The notes: generated by a model not told the origin, from the letters alone. Positions 35,701 through 47,314 are shown, numbered from the whole stretch's first letter. The stretch is DNA of 63,609 nucleotides, filler included, from Craspedostauros australis (GCA_030167865.1; 5 parts of 5 records of this genome joined end to end with filler, not necessarily neighbours in it), one strand, 5' to 3'. Numbers and translations are program-made.

Positions 35701-36410
35701 GCGAGTATCTGCGGGCCGCCGGAATCGAGGTACTGATAGAGCTCCAGGAAGTCCTCGCGGCTGCAGATGTGGACGCCGCCGTGCAACTCTTCATTTCGGA
35801 TGTTGGCATGGCAGGTCTCGTGAATCCAGAGCGCTGCGGTTTCGTATTCCTGGTAGCTTCCCTGGATGTTGACAACGAGCTCCGATGCCTGCTTCTCGAA
35901 GCGTCGGAACTGATCCCTGTCAGCGCCAGTGATGCCCAAGATGAGGAACGCGCTCGATGCAACCGCTCCACAAAAAATGATGAGAAGCGTGTAACAGCAG
36001 AAGGTGGACCTCGATTTGGAGCGTCGGGACTTTCCTTTGCCTTTGCCTCTCTTCGATTGGGGCATGCGTATCGTCAAGCCGTTTGCGAGGCCCGGTGTTT
36101 CCTCGTGATACATAGTGCCGTCAGCAACCAGACGAGGAGCAGCCGTTGCGTTGGCTTCCACCGTGAAGCCGTCTGGCAGGGAGAAGGCGGTGGAGTGGAC
36201 GGTCGCAGAGCCATCCAGGGATATGGCGCTGCCGCCTTGCCTGTACGAGTGGCCTCCCAGATCTCCGTAGATCGAGGAGTTGTCTTCGTCGCATGATGAT
36301 GATTCGTTGCTCTGGTTGCCACGGCCGTTGTCGTCGCTGCCGTCGCTGCCGTCGCTGTCATCATCAACGTGCCCAGGCATGGACGGCCGCAGCGAGAAGA
36401 TGTTTGGCAT
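32708..36410 (-). CDS. Membrane hybrid histidine kinase (TM-CHASE-like-TM-HisKA-HATPase-REC); exons 36410-33348 and 33148-32708, about 1167 aa
   Basis: H-box FLAHEVRNPL, N-box MNLAGNARKF, G1 EDSGSGI, G2 GTGIGL and REC VLFVDDD. A phase-0 intron at 33347-33149 (GTAAGT...CAG) joins YDLIFL to DQYMASVEKQLLGTET. CHASE-like YYPIHYVAPIAGNE lies between two hydrophobic helices. Confidence 0.92.
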
Positions 36411-36668
36411 GGTTGATGTGGTTGATGTGGTTGATGTCGTTGACGTAGTTGGTGGGTTGGCAGTTGTGGTTGTGGTTACGTTGATGCTGATGTTGATGTT
36501 GATGCTGATGCAAGCGCAGTGTTGAGATGTTGTGTCGCTGAACGAGTTGGGCAGAGTTGTCTGGTATCGATGGTGGTATCGATAGTGGTGTCAATGGTGA
36601 TGGCTGTGACAGTGATGGCTGTAGCGGCAGGGTGGCTATCTGAGCTTTGCTGGTTTTGGCTGCTGTCT

Positions 36669-36756
36669 GCCCAAGTACAGCTCAAGTACAGCTCAAGTAC
36701 GGCCCAAGTACGGCCCAAGTACGGCCCAAGTACGGCCCAAGTACGGCCCAAGTACG
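36669..36756. repeat. 11-bp minisatellite GCYCAAGTACR x8 upstream of the kinase
   Basis: Read directly from the sequence. Confidence 0.95.
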
Positions 36757-37774
36757 AGAGAACGGTGTTGCCTGGCCTTGTGCCTGAAGCTTGCGCACGT
36801 CCAGACGGTATCGTTGCTGCCGTTGGGTGGGTGCAATACAAGCTGATGTACGCCTGGAGTCCCACGCAAGGATTGGCGCCAATGCTACTATACTATACTA
36901 CCGTGGAGTACGGAGGATAATGCCGCTGGTGATGGCTTGCGGTCATGCGGCACTCAGCGCTGTTCTTGGTACTCCTCTCAGCTTGGATGGAAGCCAAAGT
37001 GCAGCGCGCGCAATTCAAATGCCCTTGGACGATGCTGTGGGCTCTGTTGTTGCGTCTGCAGACCGATTGGCGAACAAGATGGCTCGCAGCTGGCTTGCCC
37101 AACTCGTCTCCTCTTCTGCCACCCTCTCGCTGTCCTCCTCTGCAGGACTGGTGGTGTGAAACTGATCCAGAAAGCAATGCTCGAATCTGTGGATGTTATG
37201 GTGTTGTTGTTATGGTATTGCTTGGTGTTGCTTGCAGAGCTGTGGCAGCCAAGAGTGTGTCTGATGCTCTTTGCGCTCTCTCCCTCCTCTCTTGTATGGT
37301 TGTTGCCTCTCAGTTGAGATTCAATGAGGGACAGACTATTACCGAACACGGTATCAACCTGATGGGAGAAATTCTTGGTTTTGGCGCGAAATCTTCCGAC
37401 TTGATCGACCACCAAATCTTTTCTCCTCCTTTCTCTCCTCCATTCACGAATCCATCATGACCCAAACATGACCAACCTGACTCACATCCCACCTTGGGAA
37501 CTATATGCTCCTCAGATCCTTTTACTACAACATACTTTGATTCCCTCCATGCTGATGACTACTGCACCACTGCCGTGGTCTTAACGCGTGTATCCAACCT
37601 GCTTCAACTCAAACAATGGAATCCGAGAGCCAGCTCCAACCACAGCCACTGCTTCATGGTCGTCACTGCCACATGCCATGATCTACACTGCAGTGTATCT
37701 ACGTATGTGGAGAGCAAGGCGCTGTAATGACTGTATACCCTGTAGCACTGAACCAAGTACATCAGTGCAGGGTC

Positions 37775-37874
37775 NNNNNNNNNNNNNNNNNNNNNNNNNN
37801 NNNNNNNNNNNNNNNNNNTTAATTAATTAANNNNNNNNNNNNNNNNNNNNNNNNNNNNNNNNNNNNNNNNNNNN
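37775..37874. other. Artificial contig spacer
   Basis: N44-TTAATTAATTAA-N44. Confidence 0.98.
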
Positions 37875-38624
37875 CATGACCCACCATGATTTGGACAGCC
37901 AAATCCAGAACAGTTCGTACGAGCGATGGATGCGCCGTTCCGGATCGCGGTCCAACTGAGTCTGCCAAAAGTCGGCCGTATGCAGCTTACCAATCGGCAG
38001 ATCCTGCAACGTGAGCGGCACGATGACGGTGCGGTTGCGCGCATGCTGTCGCATCTGTTGAATCTGATCGACGAGGTCGGGCGACGTGAAGATTATCATG
38101 GCATCCTGCAGACTCAGCATGTTGGCCATCCATGTCGTGTACTTCTCGGGCTTATGTTTGGATACCACGCGAAAGTAGGCCGTGACGACGGTGTTCTCGC
38201 TCGTGATGAGATCGGGCGAGAGCTTGATGATGTCGGAGTCGTCGTAGGGCGGCGGATTCGGTCGCGGCAGCAGATTTGTGGCCGATGGGAGCTTCGCGTG
38301 CGTGTTCTGTACTTCGATCATCTTCGTCGGGCTTGACTGTTGTTGTTGCTGCTGATGCTGCTGTGTATCAATGTGTGACGAAGCCGATCCTGCAGTCCCT
38401 GTGTCACCACTGCCACCACTACTGCTCTGCTGTGATTGACCTTCCAATACAGGTGTCATCTCATTCGCTGTCATCGTTGTCGTGGGAAGCCGGACCATGG
38501 GGCTGCGCGTAAAGGCCATCGTGAAGCCAAGTAAGAATGCGATCACTTTTGCAAACAGAGGGATTACCTTGCGTCGCTTGCTCGCCATTGTGGACAGTGA
38601 GGATGGCATGGGTGGTGTTGGCAT
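37875..38624 (-). CDS. Partial (3'-truncated) type II membrane protein, HtrL/YibB-like putative glycosyltransferase
   Basis: Basic patch plus TM (KRRKVIPLFAKVIAFLLGFTMAF), a stem, then TVVTAYF...SKH...YTTWMANML...MIIFT...DPERRIH...IWLSK. Start at 38624 or 38588. Confidence 0.65.
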
Positions 38625-39905
38625 TGCTTGATGTGGTGTCTGCGGCCATGCGCTTGTTGATTTGCCATCAAGTCTGCTTTCCGATTGTGCGGCCGCTCGC
38701 TTTATGATGATTGCTTCCAACGGGCTCTGTTTGCATTGAAGCAAGAGGCATGCAGTGTCCCAAATGATTTCCCCCGCTCGTGGCCGACGCGGCTTGCCTC
38801 TACAGGCAAGGAGCGACTCAACGGGCTCGCTCAAAAATGCGATTCTCGAAGACGTTTTTTCAATGCCCTCGCGCTGGCCATCTGAGCCCACGACATGACT
38901 CACATCTTAAAATAATAGTAGTCGCTACAGTTGGGGGGAATGAACAAAATAACGTTATGTCGTGTCCACCCCGCCTTGTTGTGTCACGCCACTGCCATGA
39001 TTTTGTATTGAATCTGTGGATACTCGTGGACGACAATCAAATATAAGTGTAATGTATGATTACCTAATTCTTTATGACGCCAGAAAACAAGTCAGACGCG
39101 TGGAACGGAACCCCTGCCAAATAAATCACCAATGACGCTGTCCGAAGTCCCGTTTTTCTGTGAAAAATCGCCAAGAACAAGTTTCTCGCAAGAGTCAAAC
39201 GCGCAAACCAGCTCATTTTGGGATTTGGGAGGCGAATCAGGTTTTTTCTCCAACACCGTACGACGACTCTGTTGGAACAAGTCATTAGAGAATTCTCGCA
39301 AGTAGTCGCTTCCCGACTTCGGCCACCACGAAGACAGAGATGTGACACGGGTTTGGTTTGCTTCGGAATCAGGAAAAAGTTGTTCGGAGGAATCAAGTTC
39401 TGAGCGTTTCGCGAACAAACGATTGCTCGAGCAGTTCCGCTGTGGCACTGCATCAGTGCTCGTAAGTCTATCCCTCTATCATGTTGAGTCTACTACCCTC
39501 CGTTGCGTTTGCTACTATTGAACAATCTTCAAATGAATTTGCCATTTCATATATGTGAAAAACACTCTCTATTGTTGAATTTTATGCTTCGCTGCTTTGG
39601 CATCTGCGTTCTCAGCGACTTGTCGTTCGCTGCCGAGGTTTCCTCGTCAGTTGAGAAGTTCGAAAGTGCTCGACACAAACCCATACACTCTCTTCACTCT
39701 TATCCATCTCCAGCATAAGCAATAAGACTTGGGATAGCGTTCCTGAGCGCTTTTCTTGCAAACATGCCAGACTTGCGTTCATCGACACAGCAACCATCCT
39801 CATTGACATGCTAGTATTGGAATAGGTGTACTTGGATGTGTATGCATCAGTCACACTTGCATGCCATCAGGAATATTTGTTGGCACATGTTGGAAATCTG
39901 GGGTG

Positions 39906-40710
39906 TGTTGGCAAGTTTCGTGATTGGAAGCCTACGATCGTGGAAGACGGTGTTGGTTGATAGTTGTTCTGTTTGCTATTTCATTACATTGAGACTCCGA
40001 TACTCTCGGTGTCCTCTCTCTTGCCCAATGCTCTCGGCGCGTTTGACTGTCTTGTAGATTGGGTCTCCGACTATGAGTCAGTGTGCGAGATGCTCTCTTG
40101 CTACTCTTCGTATTCGCTCTCTCTATCTCAATATTGTGTACTTGTGCTACACAATACTTCGCATTCGATGAGTACTCTGCATTCGACGCTCCGTTCTTTC
40201 AATACTGGTTCCTACTCCATGAGTACTTACCATTTGAACTTCACCTCTCGTATCCATGATCTTGATGCCCTTTGGTCATTGGATCTTTGCCTCCTGCTCT
40301 GACCTGGAGACAGATGTCGATGTGGTGACATGATGACATCCTGTCAACATCAGTAAGCGTCCTTCTGCTCTCCAGATGACACGTTCCATTGGTGATGCAA
40401 TTGTCTGTCAGATGATATTGTCATCTGAGGTTTAGTTGGGAGGTACCTCAAGATTTGCTTGGTACCATACGTCTCCATTGATGGATGGACGGACGATATT
40501 TCCAATTCTCTCAGAAATCGTCGATTGCAAATTTCCTCCAGAAATTCTGCTTCTTTTCGTGTGTTCCATTTCCACTGTAATTCTGACGAATCACAGCATA
40601 CTATCAACACGAATGTAGTTATACCGTCCAAGTGCGTATGAGAGAGTAGCAGGTGAACGATGCACATATACACGTACATCTCGACATATACTCACATGTA
40701 CATCTCGACA
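39906..40710 (-). mobile_element. Solo-LTR-like element, copy 3 (805 bp)
   Basis: Minus strand begins TGTCGAGATGTA and ends ACTTGCCAACA. Flanked by the direct repeat GGGGTG (39900-39905 and 40711-40716). The 5'-terminal 13-mer is duplicated (40674-40686 and 40698-40710). Confidence 0.85.
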
Positions 40711-41484
40711 GGGGTGGTAGTAATAGGAGAAAGCTAATCGTTTGTTAGAATCTACTTCTCTGAACTGTGAGCTCTTCATTGCTCTCAATTGCAAAGTTCG
40801 ATCTCCTCCTGAGATCTCCATGGGTCCATCTGCTGGTCTAGCAGGCATCCATCTTGCATTCATCACGAATTCATCATGGACATGCATGTACCACCAAGTA
40901 CCCCATATCCATGCACACAAGCACGTTGTCCTCCCTCCAATAGTTTTGTTGGCATAGACATCGCTGAATCACAGGCATCACCTGGCTCATCCGATTCGAT
41001 CGGATCACAGTCTTCCATGCTTCACAAGAAGAACTTGGATGATTGCTTTCTCAGCTTCTCATCATTGCACATCTCTGATCATCTCCAATACTTCACCGAA
41101 GCTTCACCAATCCTTTGCTGGTTTGTCATCAGTGATTCGTTCACAGGCCATCTCACATTTTGTGGCATTGGGCAGTATCGAATACCTTTTTCTTGTTCGT
41201 TGTGATATGGGGGCCGTGGTCACATGTGCCATGATGTTGGTCACAAATCCAACATCCCTGCCCCCTGCGACATACACGTGTGATTCCTGTTCCCGCATTG
41301 AGGTCACGAACGTCATGGTCCAGTTCACATTCGGCACATGGCGTTCTCCACCGCAAGACGCGTGTAGCTCACATTTTCTGTCACAAAGATCCAAGGTGTG
41401 AGGTGCGGTAATATATAATTTTACAACGCTCGATTCCCTACCATTGGGAGGTACGGCAATTCGGTGTTTCAGAACACCCGATTC

Positions 41485-41940
41485 CTGACATGTGTGAAGT
41501 ACCTCATCGAATCATGTGAGGCGAACATCGACTGCAAAGACAAAGATGGCGACACTCCTCTTCATGATGCATGCATGAACGGCAAGCTGTAGTGTATCGA
41601 GTACCTCATCAAATCAGCCAATGCCAATATCGACATCTCAAACACTGACAACAAAACACCCCTCAATTTGATCGATGCAGACCTTGACACCGAAATAAAG
41701 AGATTGGTCATGAAGCGTCCAAGTCACCACAACCCACAACTGCAACAAAGCTTGCAACAAAACAAGGAAGAGAATGAATAATGGCAACAGTCATTGCAAC
41801 AGCGGTTGAAGCGGAAGGAGCAAGAGAATGAACAACTGCAACAACAGTTGAGACAGCAGTTGAAGCAGGAGAAGCAAGAGAATGAACACAAACACAGTAG
41901 CCACAAGAGGACTATCAGCACAAAATTGAATAGTGTGAAG
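41485..41940 (+). pseudogene. Ankyrin-repeat plus coiled-coil pseudogene fragment
   Basis: One frame reads CVKYLIESCEANIDCKDKDGDTPLHDACMNGKL*CIEYLIKSANANIDISNTDNKTPL...ENE*WQQSLQQRLKRKEQENEQLQQ. Stops at 41590-41592 and 41779-41781; no 5' part found. Confidence 0.8.
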
Positions 41941-42002
41941 TACGTTACTCCCGTAGCCCCCACTATCTATAAATTTCACTTGTGTTCGGTTCAGCAATCG
42001 CA

Positions 42003-42073
42003 TCGCCTGTAGCTCAACGGTAGAGCACCAATAATTCTAACTGAGGTTCCGGGTTCAAATCCCGGCATGGTAC
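42003..42073 (+). pseudogene. tRNA-like sequence (pseudo-tRNA or tRNA-derived SINE head)
   Basis: Intact D-arm/A-box TAGCTCAACGGTAGAGC and T-arm/B-box CCGGGTTCAAATCCCGG. The acceptor stem pairs only 4 of 7 and the anticodon stem does not pair. Confidence 0.75.
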
Positions 42074-43604
42074 TTTGCTTTTGCTCACCCCTTGTGATTT
42101 TACAATAGTGCTCTAATAAGGACCAACATCAGCATTGGAGAAGACCAGCTCATATCTTTCCAAACTGGGAACAGGACAGACACCATCTTCTTGTGTGGAC
42201 AGGGCGACGACCAACAACCAATCAAAGCACATGCCCAAGTCCTCATGATCACTGTCCCCTCCATTGAGACACTGATCAGCTCTGGAATCCAACATCAATG
42301 CCCTGGTGATGGCCCTCAAGATAGAACTGAACCCATCCAAACAACCATCCCATTTCTCAACCTTCAACCAAAGCGCATCCGATGCGTCCTCCAATGCATC
42401 TCCACAGGCAAGATATCCTTCCATGACAGCGCTCGTGACAACGCTGCTGCCTGTGTTGGCGCTCATCACAATGCAGATGCCTCTCACCAGCCAACTACTA
42501 GAGCTAAACTAGCAACCAACTTAGTGAAGGAAAATACTAGTTCCCCAACTCAATATCATTCCAGTTGGTCCACCCCACATCTCAACTAAATCCGCAGTTG
42601 GGAACAGATGGCAGTCATTTAAGGGAATCCTTTTATCCTCGGGTCATGGAAAACCGAGGGTTCTGATGACCTCGGTCACCAAAACTTTTCCCGCCGAAAT
42701 CTCAGCAACGGAACAAGACTGAGTTTGCAAGGGACCAGCACCCAATGGGACTGATCAATAGCACCCTTTTCCTTGTTCCCCCTTGACGAAAGGATCCCTT
42801 CCCATGGTACTCAGGCTACACAACCCATATGCCCAGTCATTTAGAGCAACACAGGAGATCCTCCTCAATGAGAAGAAATATAGCAATAACACTCATAATC
42901 TGCACATTTCTTCACCCATCATTAGTACTCTCAATCAACTACTTGTGATCAGAAGACTCTTGTTTGGACCTGCTTGCCAATCAAGCCTCTGCACACAGCT
43001 AACTACACAGCCAACAAGACCTCAGCCATTACATTTGGGCTCTATTAATGAAAGAAGTTGCTGATGTCATTGCACATGATTTCAGTAATGGTGGATCCAA
43101 GGAGACAGTACCTCTGTCTCATTGCTTGCGGTTTGTGGCAGCAACGCATCGCTTTGAGCATTGGTATGAGCAGGTGTGGCTGGTTGTGGTGCGTGTAGTG
43201 GAAACTGAGGAACATCCCCCAACACCTGGTTCCGCTGGTCTTGGAAGAAGTTGCTGTGTTTGATCTCACGGATGCACCTGTCCAGCATGTGCTGAATCTC
43301 CATTTCCGACAATGCATTGGATGTTTATGTGAGCCAATGCTGCTACTGATGACTTGAATCCAGACCACACCATGAGCCATGACATGTCTTGCCGTTGCTG
43401 TTGGCACAGTTGCTGGTTCTGTTGTTGGCGCTTGGTTCTGTTGAAATTGAGGAAAAAGTGCCACTCTGTGCCACAACAGGTTGGTCAACTCGCTCGCTCG
43501 GGTCGTACACCAATCATTCGATAAGGCGCACAACGCCAATTTCATGTTCGAGTGCCTCGTTGAAATCACATTCATTCCCCGCTCTCGGCTCTGCAAGGGA
43601 CAGC

Positions 43605-44681
43605 ATGGCTGACGAAAGCCCACCACCGGCTTCCACTGTTGCCAGCAGAAGCACAAACACGAAGGGTGGCGATGCCGATGCTGCGGCGGTGCATCTCGTC
43701 ATCCAACGATTCCGCGGTTGTAGCTTGTTGGTGGAGGAATCGCGAGTTGTCACGGTTGGCGAACACCCGCCATCGCCGAAGAGCGTGGAAGAGGTTCTGT
43801 TGGGTGCGTCATCGGCATCGGCATCGAAAGATGCAGACGCAAACGCACAACAGCAGCAGCACCAAGAGGAGACGTTGCGGCCCACCGGCATACTGGCCTA
43901 CGTCAGCTTCTCCAAGACGGCCAACCGCGAGACTGTGCAACAGGCTGCCAGAACATTGCTGAATTTGCCGGTGGTGACGATTGGATCCTGGGGTGATGGA
44001 TCCACCACCCAGAGTCTGCTGCAAATGGCCAAGAAATTAGAAACGACAGCCAATCCAACACGAGTACATCCGCTCCTGTTCCTGATCATCGTTCCGCAAG
44101 CCAACCTCATTTCCAAAGTCAAATCGCAGGGCAGATCGATCCAGTATCACCATCAGATTCAAAAGGATCTCGGCAAGGAGCTGTACGAGCACTTCAATGA
44201 CTGCTTGCGTTCGATGTTGCTCGAACAGCAATGCCAGTGCCGGGGCATCGCCATGACGGCCTCCTCGTTGTCATCGCAAAACAAGACCAAGTCCTCCATC
44301 CCGGATCCATCCATCCCGCCATCTCGACTGTTCGAAGATGCGGCGCAATACCAAGGACTGTACACGGCGGAACGCGATGAGAACGGATTGCCCGTGACGA
44401 ATCGCACAACGAATGAAGCGCTGACAAAGTCGGCCAAGAAGAAGCTGCGCAAGGTGCTAGAAGCGCACAACAAGCGGCATGACAAATACTTGGCTCAGAA
44501 ACCGGATGCCTCTAAAGCACCAACAGTGGCCGAGTCGTCCGTATCATCGAAAATGGAGGACAAGGAATCGATGCAGCTGGATCCCAAGTTCGTCACGCTG
44601 GTGTGCGGGACATTTGGGAAGCGGCAAGGGCTAACATTCCATTCTGACATGGGACCTTTCTGTCACGTCGTGCAGATTTGA
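43605..44681 (+). CDS. DTD2: DTD2/ATD-like aminoacyl-tRNA deacylase with an inserted CysRS C-terminal-like module, 358 aa
   Basis: LVIQR, GILAYVSF, TLLNLP, IVPQANL, GRSIQYH, GKELYEHF and GTFGKRQ...DMGPFCHVVQI parallel the animal DTD2/ATD motifs as recalled (PQATL, GRNMQYH, GTYGNRQ...TNGPFTH). First ATG in frame is 43605. Confidence 0.82.
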   Translation: MADESPPPASTVASRSTNTKGGDADAAAVHLVIQRFRGCSLLVEESRVVTVGEHPPSPKSVEEVLLGASSASASKDADANAQQQQHQEETLRPTGILAYVSFSKTANRETVQQAARTLLNLPVVTIGSWGDGSTTQSLLQMAKKLETTANPTRVHPLLFLIIVPQANLISKVKSQGRSIQYHHQIQKDLGKELYEHFNDCLRSMLLEQQCQCRGIAMTASSLSSQNKTKSSIPDPSIPPSRLFEDAAQYQGLYTAERDENGLPVTNRTTNEALTKSAKKKLRKVLEAHNKRHDKYLAQKPDASKAPTVAESSVSSKMEDKESMQLDPKFVTLVCGTFGKRQGLTFHSDMGPFCHVVQI

Positions 44682-44913
44682 AGTGCTATGAAGCGATGCG
44701 GCAGAGTCGAGTGGAGCGGAGTGGACGCAAACAGGAGTGCAGCGATGCCATCAACACTTGTACGAGAGAGTAGCATCGGTACCACCTAACTGCATTTGTG
44801 CGCACATGCGTGTATGGTCGCAGAGAATTGAAATAGAGCAACATAGCGATTGTCCAAGTAAGGACGCTGCCGTCCTATTACAAGTATGAAAAGTGTGTAT
44901 AATTTTTCAGTGA

Positions 44914-46569
44914 TTACTTCTGAAACAGAACAGGACTGTTGTGGAGAAGGTAATAGAGGACATCGACGCGAACGGTCGACAGCCACGTCGACTGGTACAG
45001 CAGTTCATTGGAACGTTCGAGGACATGCGGCCACACGGACAGCGGCAGTTCCTTGCGTTCCGTGATGATGTGACGTCCCGCCGAATTCAACGCCAGGTAG
45101 TACTGGATCTCGTCCATGCCCACGAGGCCTCGCGGGAGCTTGAGATTGCAGAGGCTCGTGTTGTCCTGCAGCGCCGTCTGGAAGGCCTGCGCGCTTGCGT
45201 CGCCGATGCCGCGGTTGCTGATGAGCGAGAGCTTCTGGAGTTTGGCGAGGTTGGGCACGATGCTTTGCACGACGCCGGCGTCCGTGATGCTGTTCTTCAT
45301 CAGGTTCAGATCTCGCAACGTTGTGTCGCGCAGGCCATCGAAGAGCTCCTGCATATCCTCATCGTTGAGGTTGTTGAACGACAGATCGAGGATTTGGAGG
45401 CTGGAGAAGAGGCGCGGCGACGTCGTGTCGCATGCAAAGAGGGGTGCGATTCGAAACGGTTTCGTGCAGTACCTGTAATGTCCCGACGGATGCTGATTGG
45501 TGAGGTTGAGGGAGTGGAAGGAGCATCTTTGAAATGCCTGCATGGATAAATCGCGGCAGTAATTGCCGCTAATGTCCAAATGCCGGATCGTCGGATGATC
45601 GATAATGGCTTCCGTGATGGTCGCGATGCTCTGGTCGTTGAGCGTGCAGTATGAGATATCCAATGTTTCGATGGTGCTGTTTTGCTGCAACCCCTTCGCA
45701 AGCTGCGCGATGCTGGATAGGTTGCAGCCGTACAAGCTCAACTTCGCAAGCCGCGGTGCATCTGCATTTGTTGTACTTGTGGGTATGTTGGTGTTGGCGT
45801 CTTTCTCGGCGCTGCCGTGTTGCTTAAGTCCGCTCGCTTGCGATGTGGTGGCCAATGCTTGTCCCATGCACTCCATAGTGGCGTCATCGATGCGGCACTT
45901 CAACGTAAGTTGCTGAAGCGATGGGTGCACCGAGTTTGCAGATGCTGTTGTTGCTGTTGTGATGGATACTCTGGACATGTGGTTGAACACTGCACGTAAC
46001 GACCGCTGCTGCCATTCGTTGGGGTTGAAGGCATCGGAATCAGCATCAGCATCGTTGTTGACATCATGACTTTTGTCGCTGTTAGTGCTGTGGATGCTAC
46101 TGCTGCTGCTGTGGATGCTGCTGTTTATCTTTGCCGCAGTCGCTTGCCAGAAGGATTGCAAATGATGCGGTGACAGGATGACGCAGAGCGATTCCAATTT
46201 GTTGTGATGGTAGAGAGAGTCCATGATGCATTCCATGATCTGCGGAAGGTGCGGCCCCAAGCGTTCGATGGTGACATGCTGCCACTGATCTCTCGTTTCC
46301 ATCAGAACCTTCCTGAGTTCGTCGAGGAAGGCTGGAGGAGGGATGCTGTCGTTGCCGTTGTTGTTGCCGGTGGTGGCATCTGAACTCGCAGAAGCCACAC
46401 CCAACTCCTCCGACAAGGACGACAGCGTCAACGAGAGGGACTCCTGCAGCACGTGAAAGCCAGTGTAGTAGCCTATCTCCGCCTGCTCCTTGAGCTGCTT
46501 GGGGATATCTTTCCACGGAACATCCAGCACAAGCACCTTCGTGCGACGGTGATCCTGGTTTGGTGGCAT
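44914..46569 (-). CDS. RNI-like leucine-rich repeat protein, 551 aa
   Basis: LSLYGCNL, LDISYCTL, LDISGNY, LDLSFNNL and LNLMKNSI repeats, with C-terminal cap YYLALNSAGR...LPLSVWPHVLER...VLYYLL. Confidence 0.88.
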   Translation of the reverse strand: MPPNQDHRRTKVLVLDVPWKDIPKQLKEQAEIGYYTGFHVLQESLSLTLSSLSEELGVASASSDATTGNNNGNDSIPPPAFLDELRKVLMETRDQWQHVTIERLGPHLPQIMECIMDSLYHHNKLESLCVILSPHHLQSFWQATAAKINSSIHSSSSSIHSTNSDKSHDVNNDADADSDAFNPNEWQQRSLRAVFNHMSRVSITTATTASANSVHPSLQQLTLKCRIDDATMECMGQALATTSQASGLKQHGSAEKDANTNIPTSTTNADAPRLAKLSLYGCNLSSIAQLAKGLQQNSTIETLDISYCTLNDQSIATITEAIIDHPTIRHLDISGNYCRDLSMQAFQRCSFHSLNLTNQHPSGHYRYCTKPFRIAPLFACDTTSPRLFSSLQILDLSFNNLNDEDMQELFDGLRDTTLRDLNLMKNSITDAGVVQSIVPNLAKLQKLSLISNRGIGDASAQAFQTALQDNTSLCNLKLPRGLVGMDEIQYYLALNSAGRHIITERKELPLSVWPHVLERSNELLYQSTWLSTVRVDVLYYLLHNSPVLFQK

Positions 46570-47314
46570 GCTATGGCTATCGTTGTCGCTATCGTTGTCG
46601 TTCCTGTGACTACGGCTGTGGCTTTGCGGCAGGCAATGTCACTCTACCAGTACGTGCTATGCGATGATCTATGCTCGGCACAACCACGTCTCCCTCTTCC
46701 TTTCTGACAGTGAGGAAACAGGAACTTGCCATCACAGAAGCACAAACGCAGGAGCATCAGCACTCCACAACTTTTCCGTGTTGCTCCTCGTGTTGGATGG
46801 AGATGCGCAGTGCGGCACCGAGCGTGTTTGGAATCTTTCGTCATCGCCAGAACATCTGATTCCGTTTTTCCAGTTGTCCGCGGTTGGTCCATCGAGTCGA
46901 ACGATGTGGAAAAAGGTACTTAGTGAGGCTCGTTATTTGCAGTGTTGTTTCGCATGTGGGATCGGAGTTGACACGATTGACGGAATCGTGATACGGCCCT
47001 CCAAGAAGTCTTGTTTTGACAACTTGTGCAAGCGAACAATGCCGAAACGCGAAGAGATGATTCCACCACGCAAAAAGGAGAACAGTGGTGGGTCATCGCG
47101 GCAACACAAGGAGGGGAACAACGAGGCATCCATGTCCCCCTCCCTCCGCCGAAAGGATGCGATCCACAGTTGGAACATCAACACACAAGTCCACAGCCAT
47201 CGTCTATCATCACAATCATTCACAACAGCACATACGCACATACCCACATCCGGCATAGTGCGGAACATATTATTGTTACTAGTACAGCAAATACGACTAC
47301 AATACCATCCAACC

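Noticed and set aside
42113..43390. Decayed transposase or gag remnant
   Set aside because: Looks degenerate, but no diagnostic motif could be read with confidence.
42003..44681. Functional link between the tRNA-like sequence and the nearby deacylase
   Set aside because: The tRNA is structurally broken, has no Thr anticodon and sits in decayed repeat DNA; proximity alone is not evidence.
44914..46569. LRR protein as partner of the STAND ATPases in a split NLR system
   Set aside because: Different contig, and this LRR type is abundant in diatoms.
46664..47314. Long N-terminal extension of the MAPR protein
   Set aside because: Not protein-like; the ATG at 47315 directly precedes the membrane anchor.
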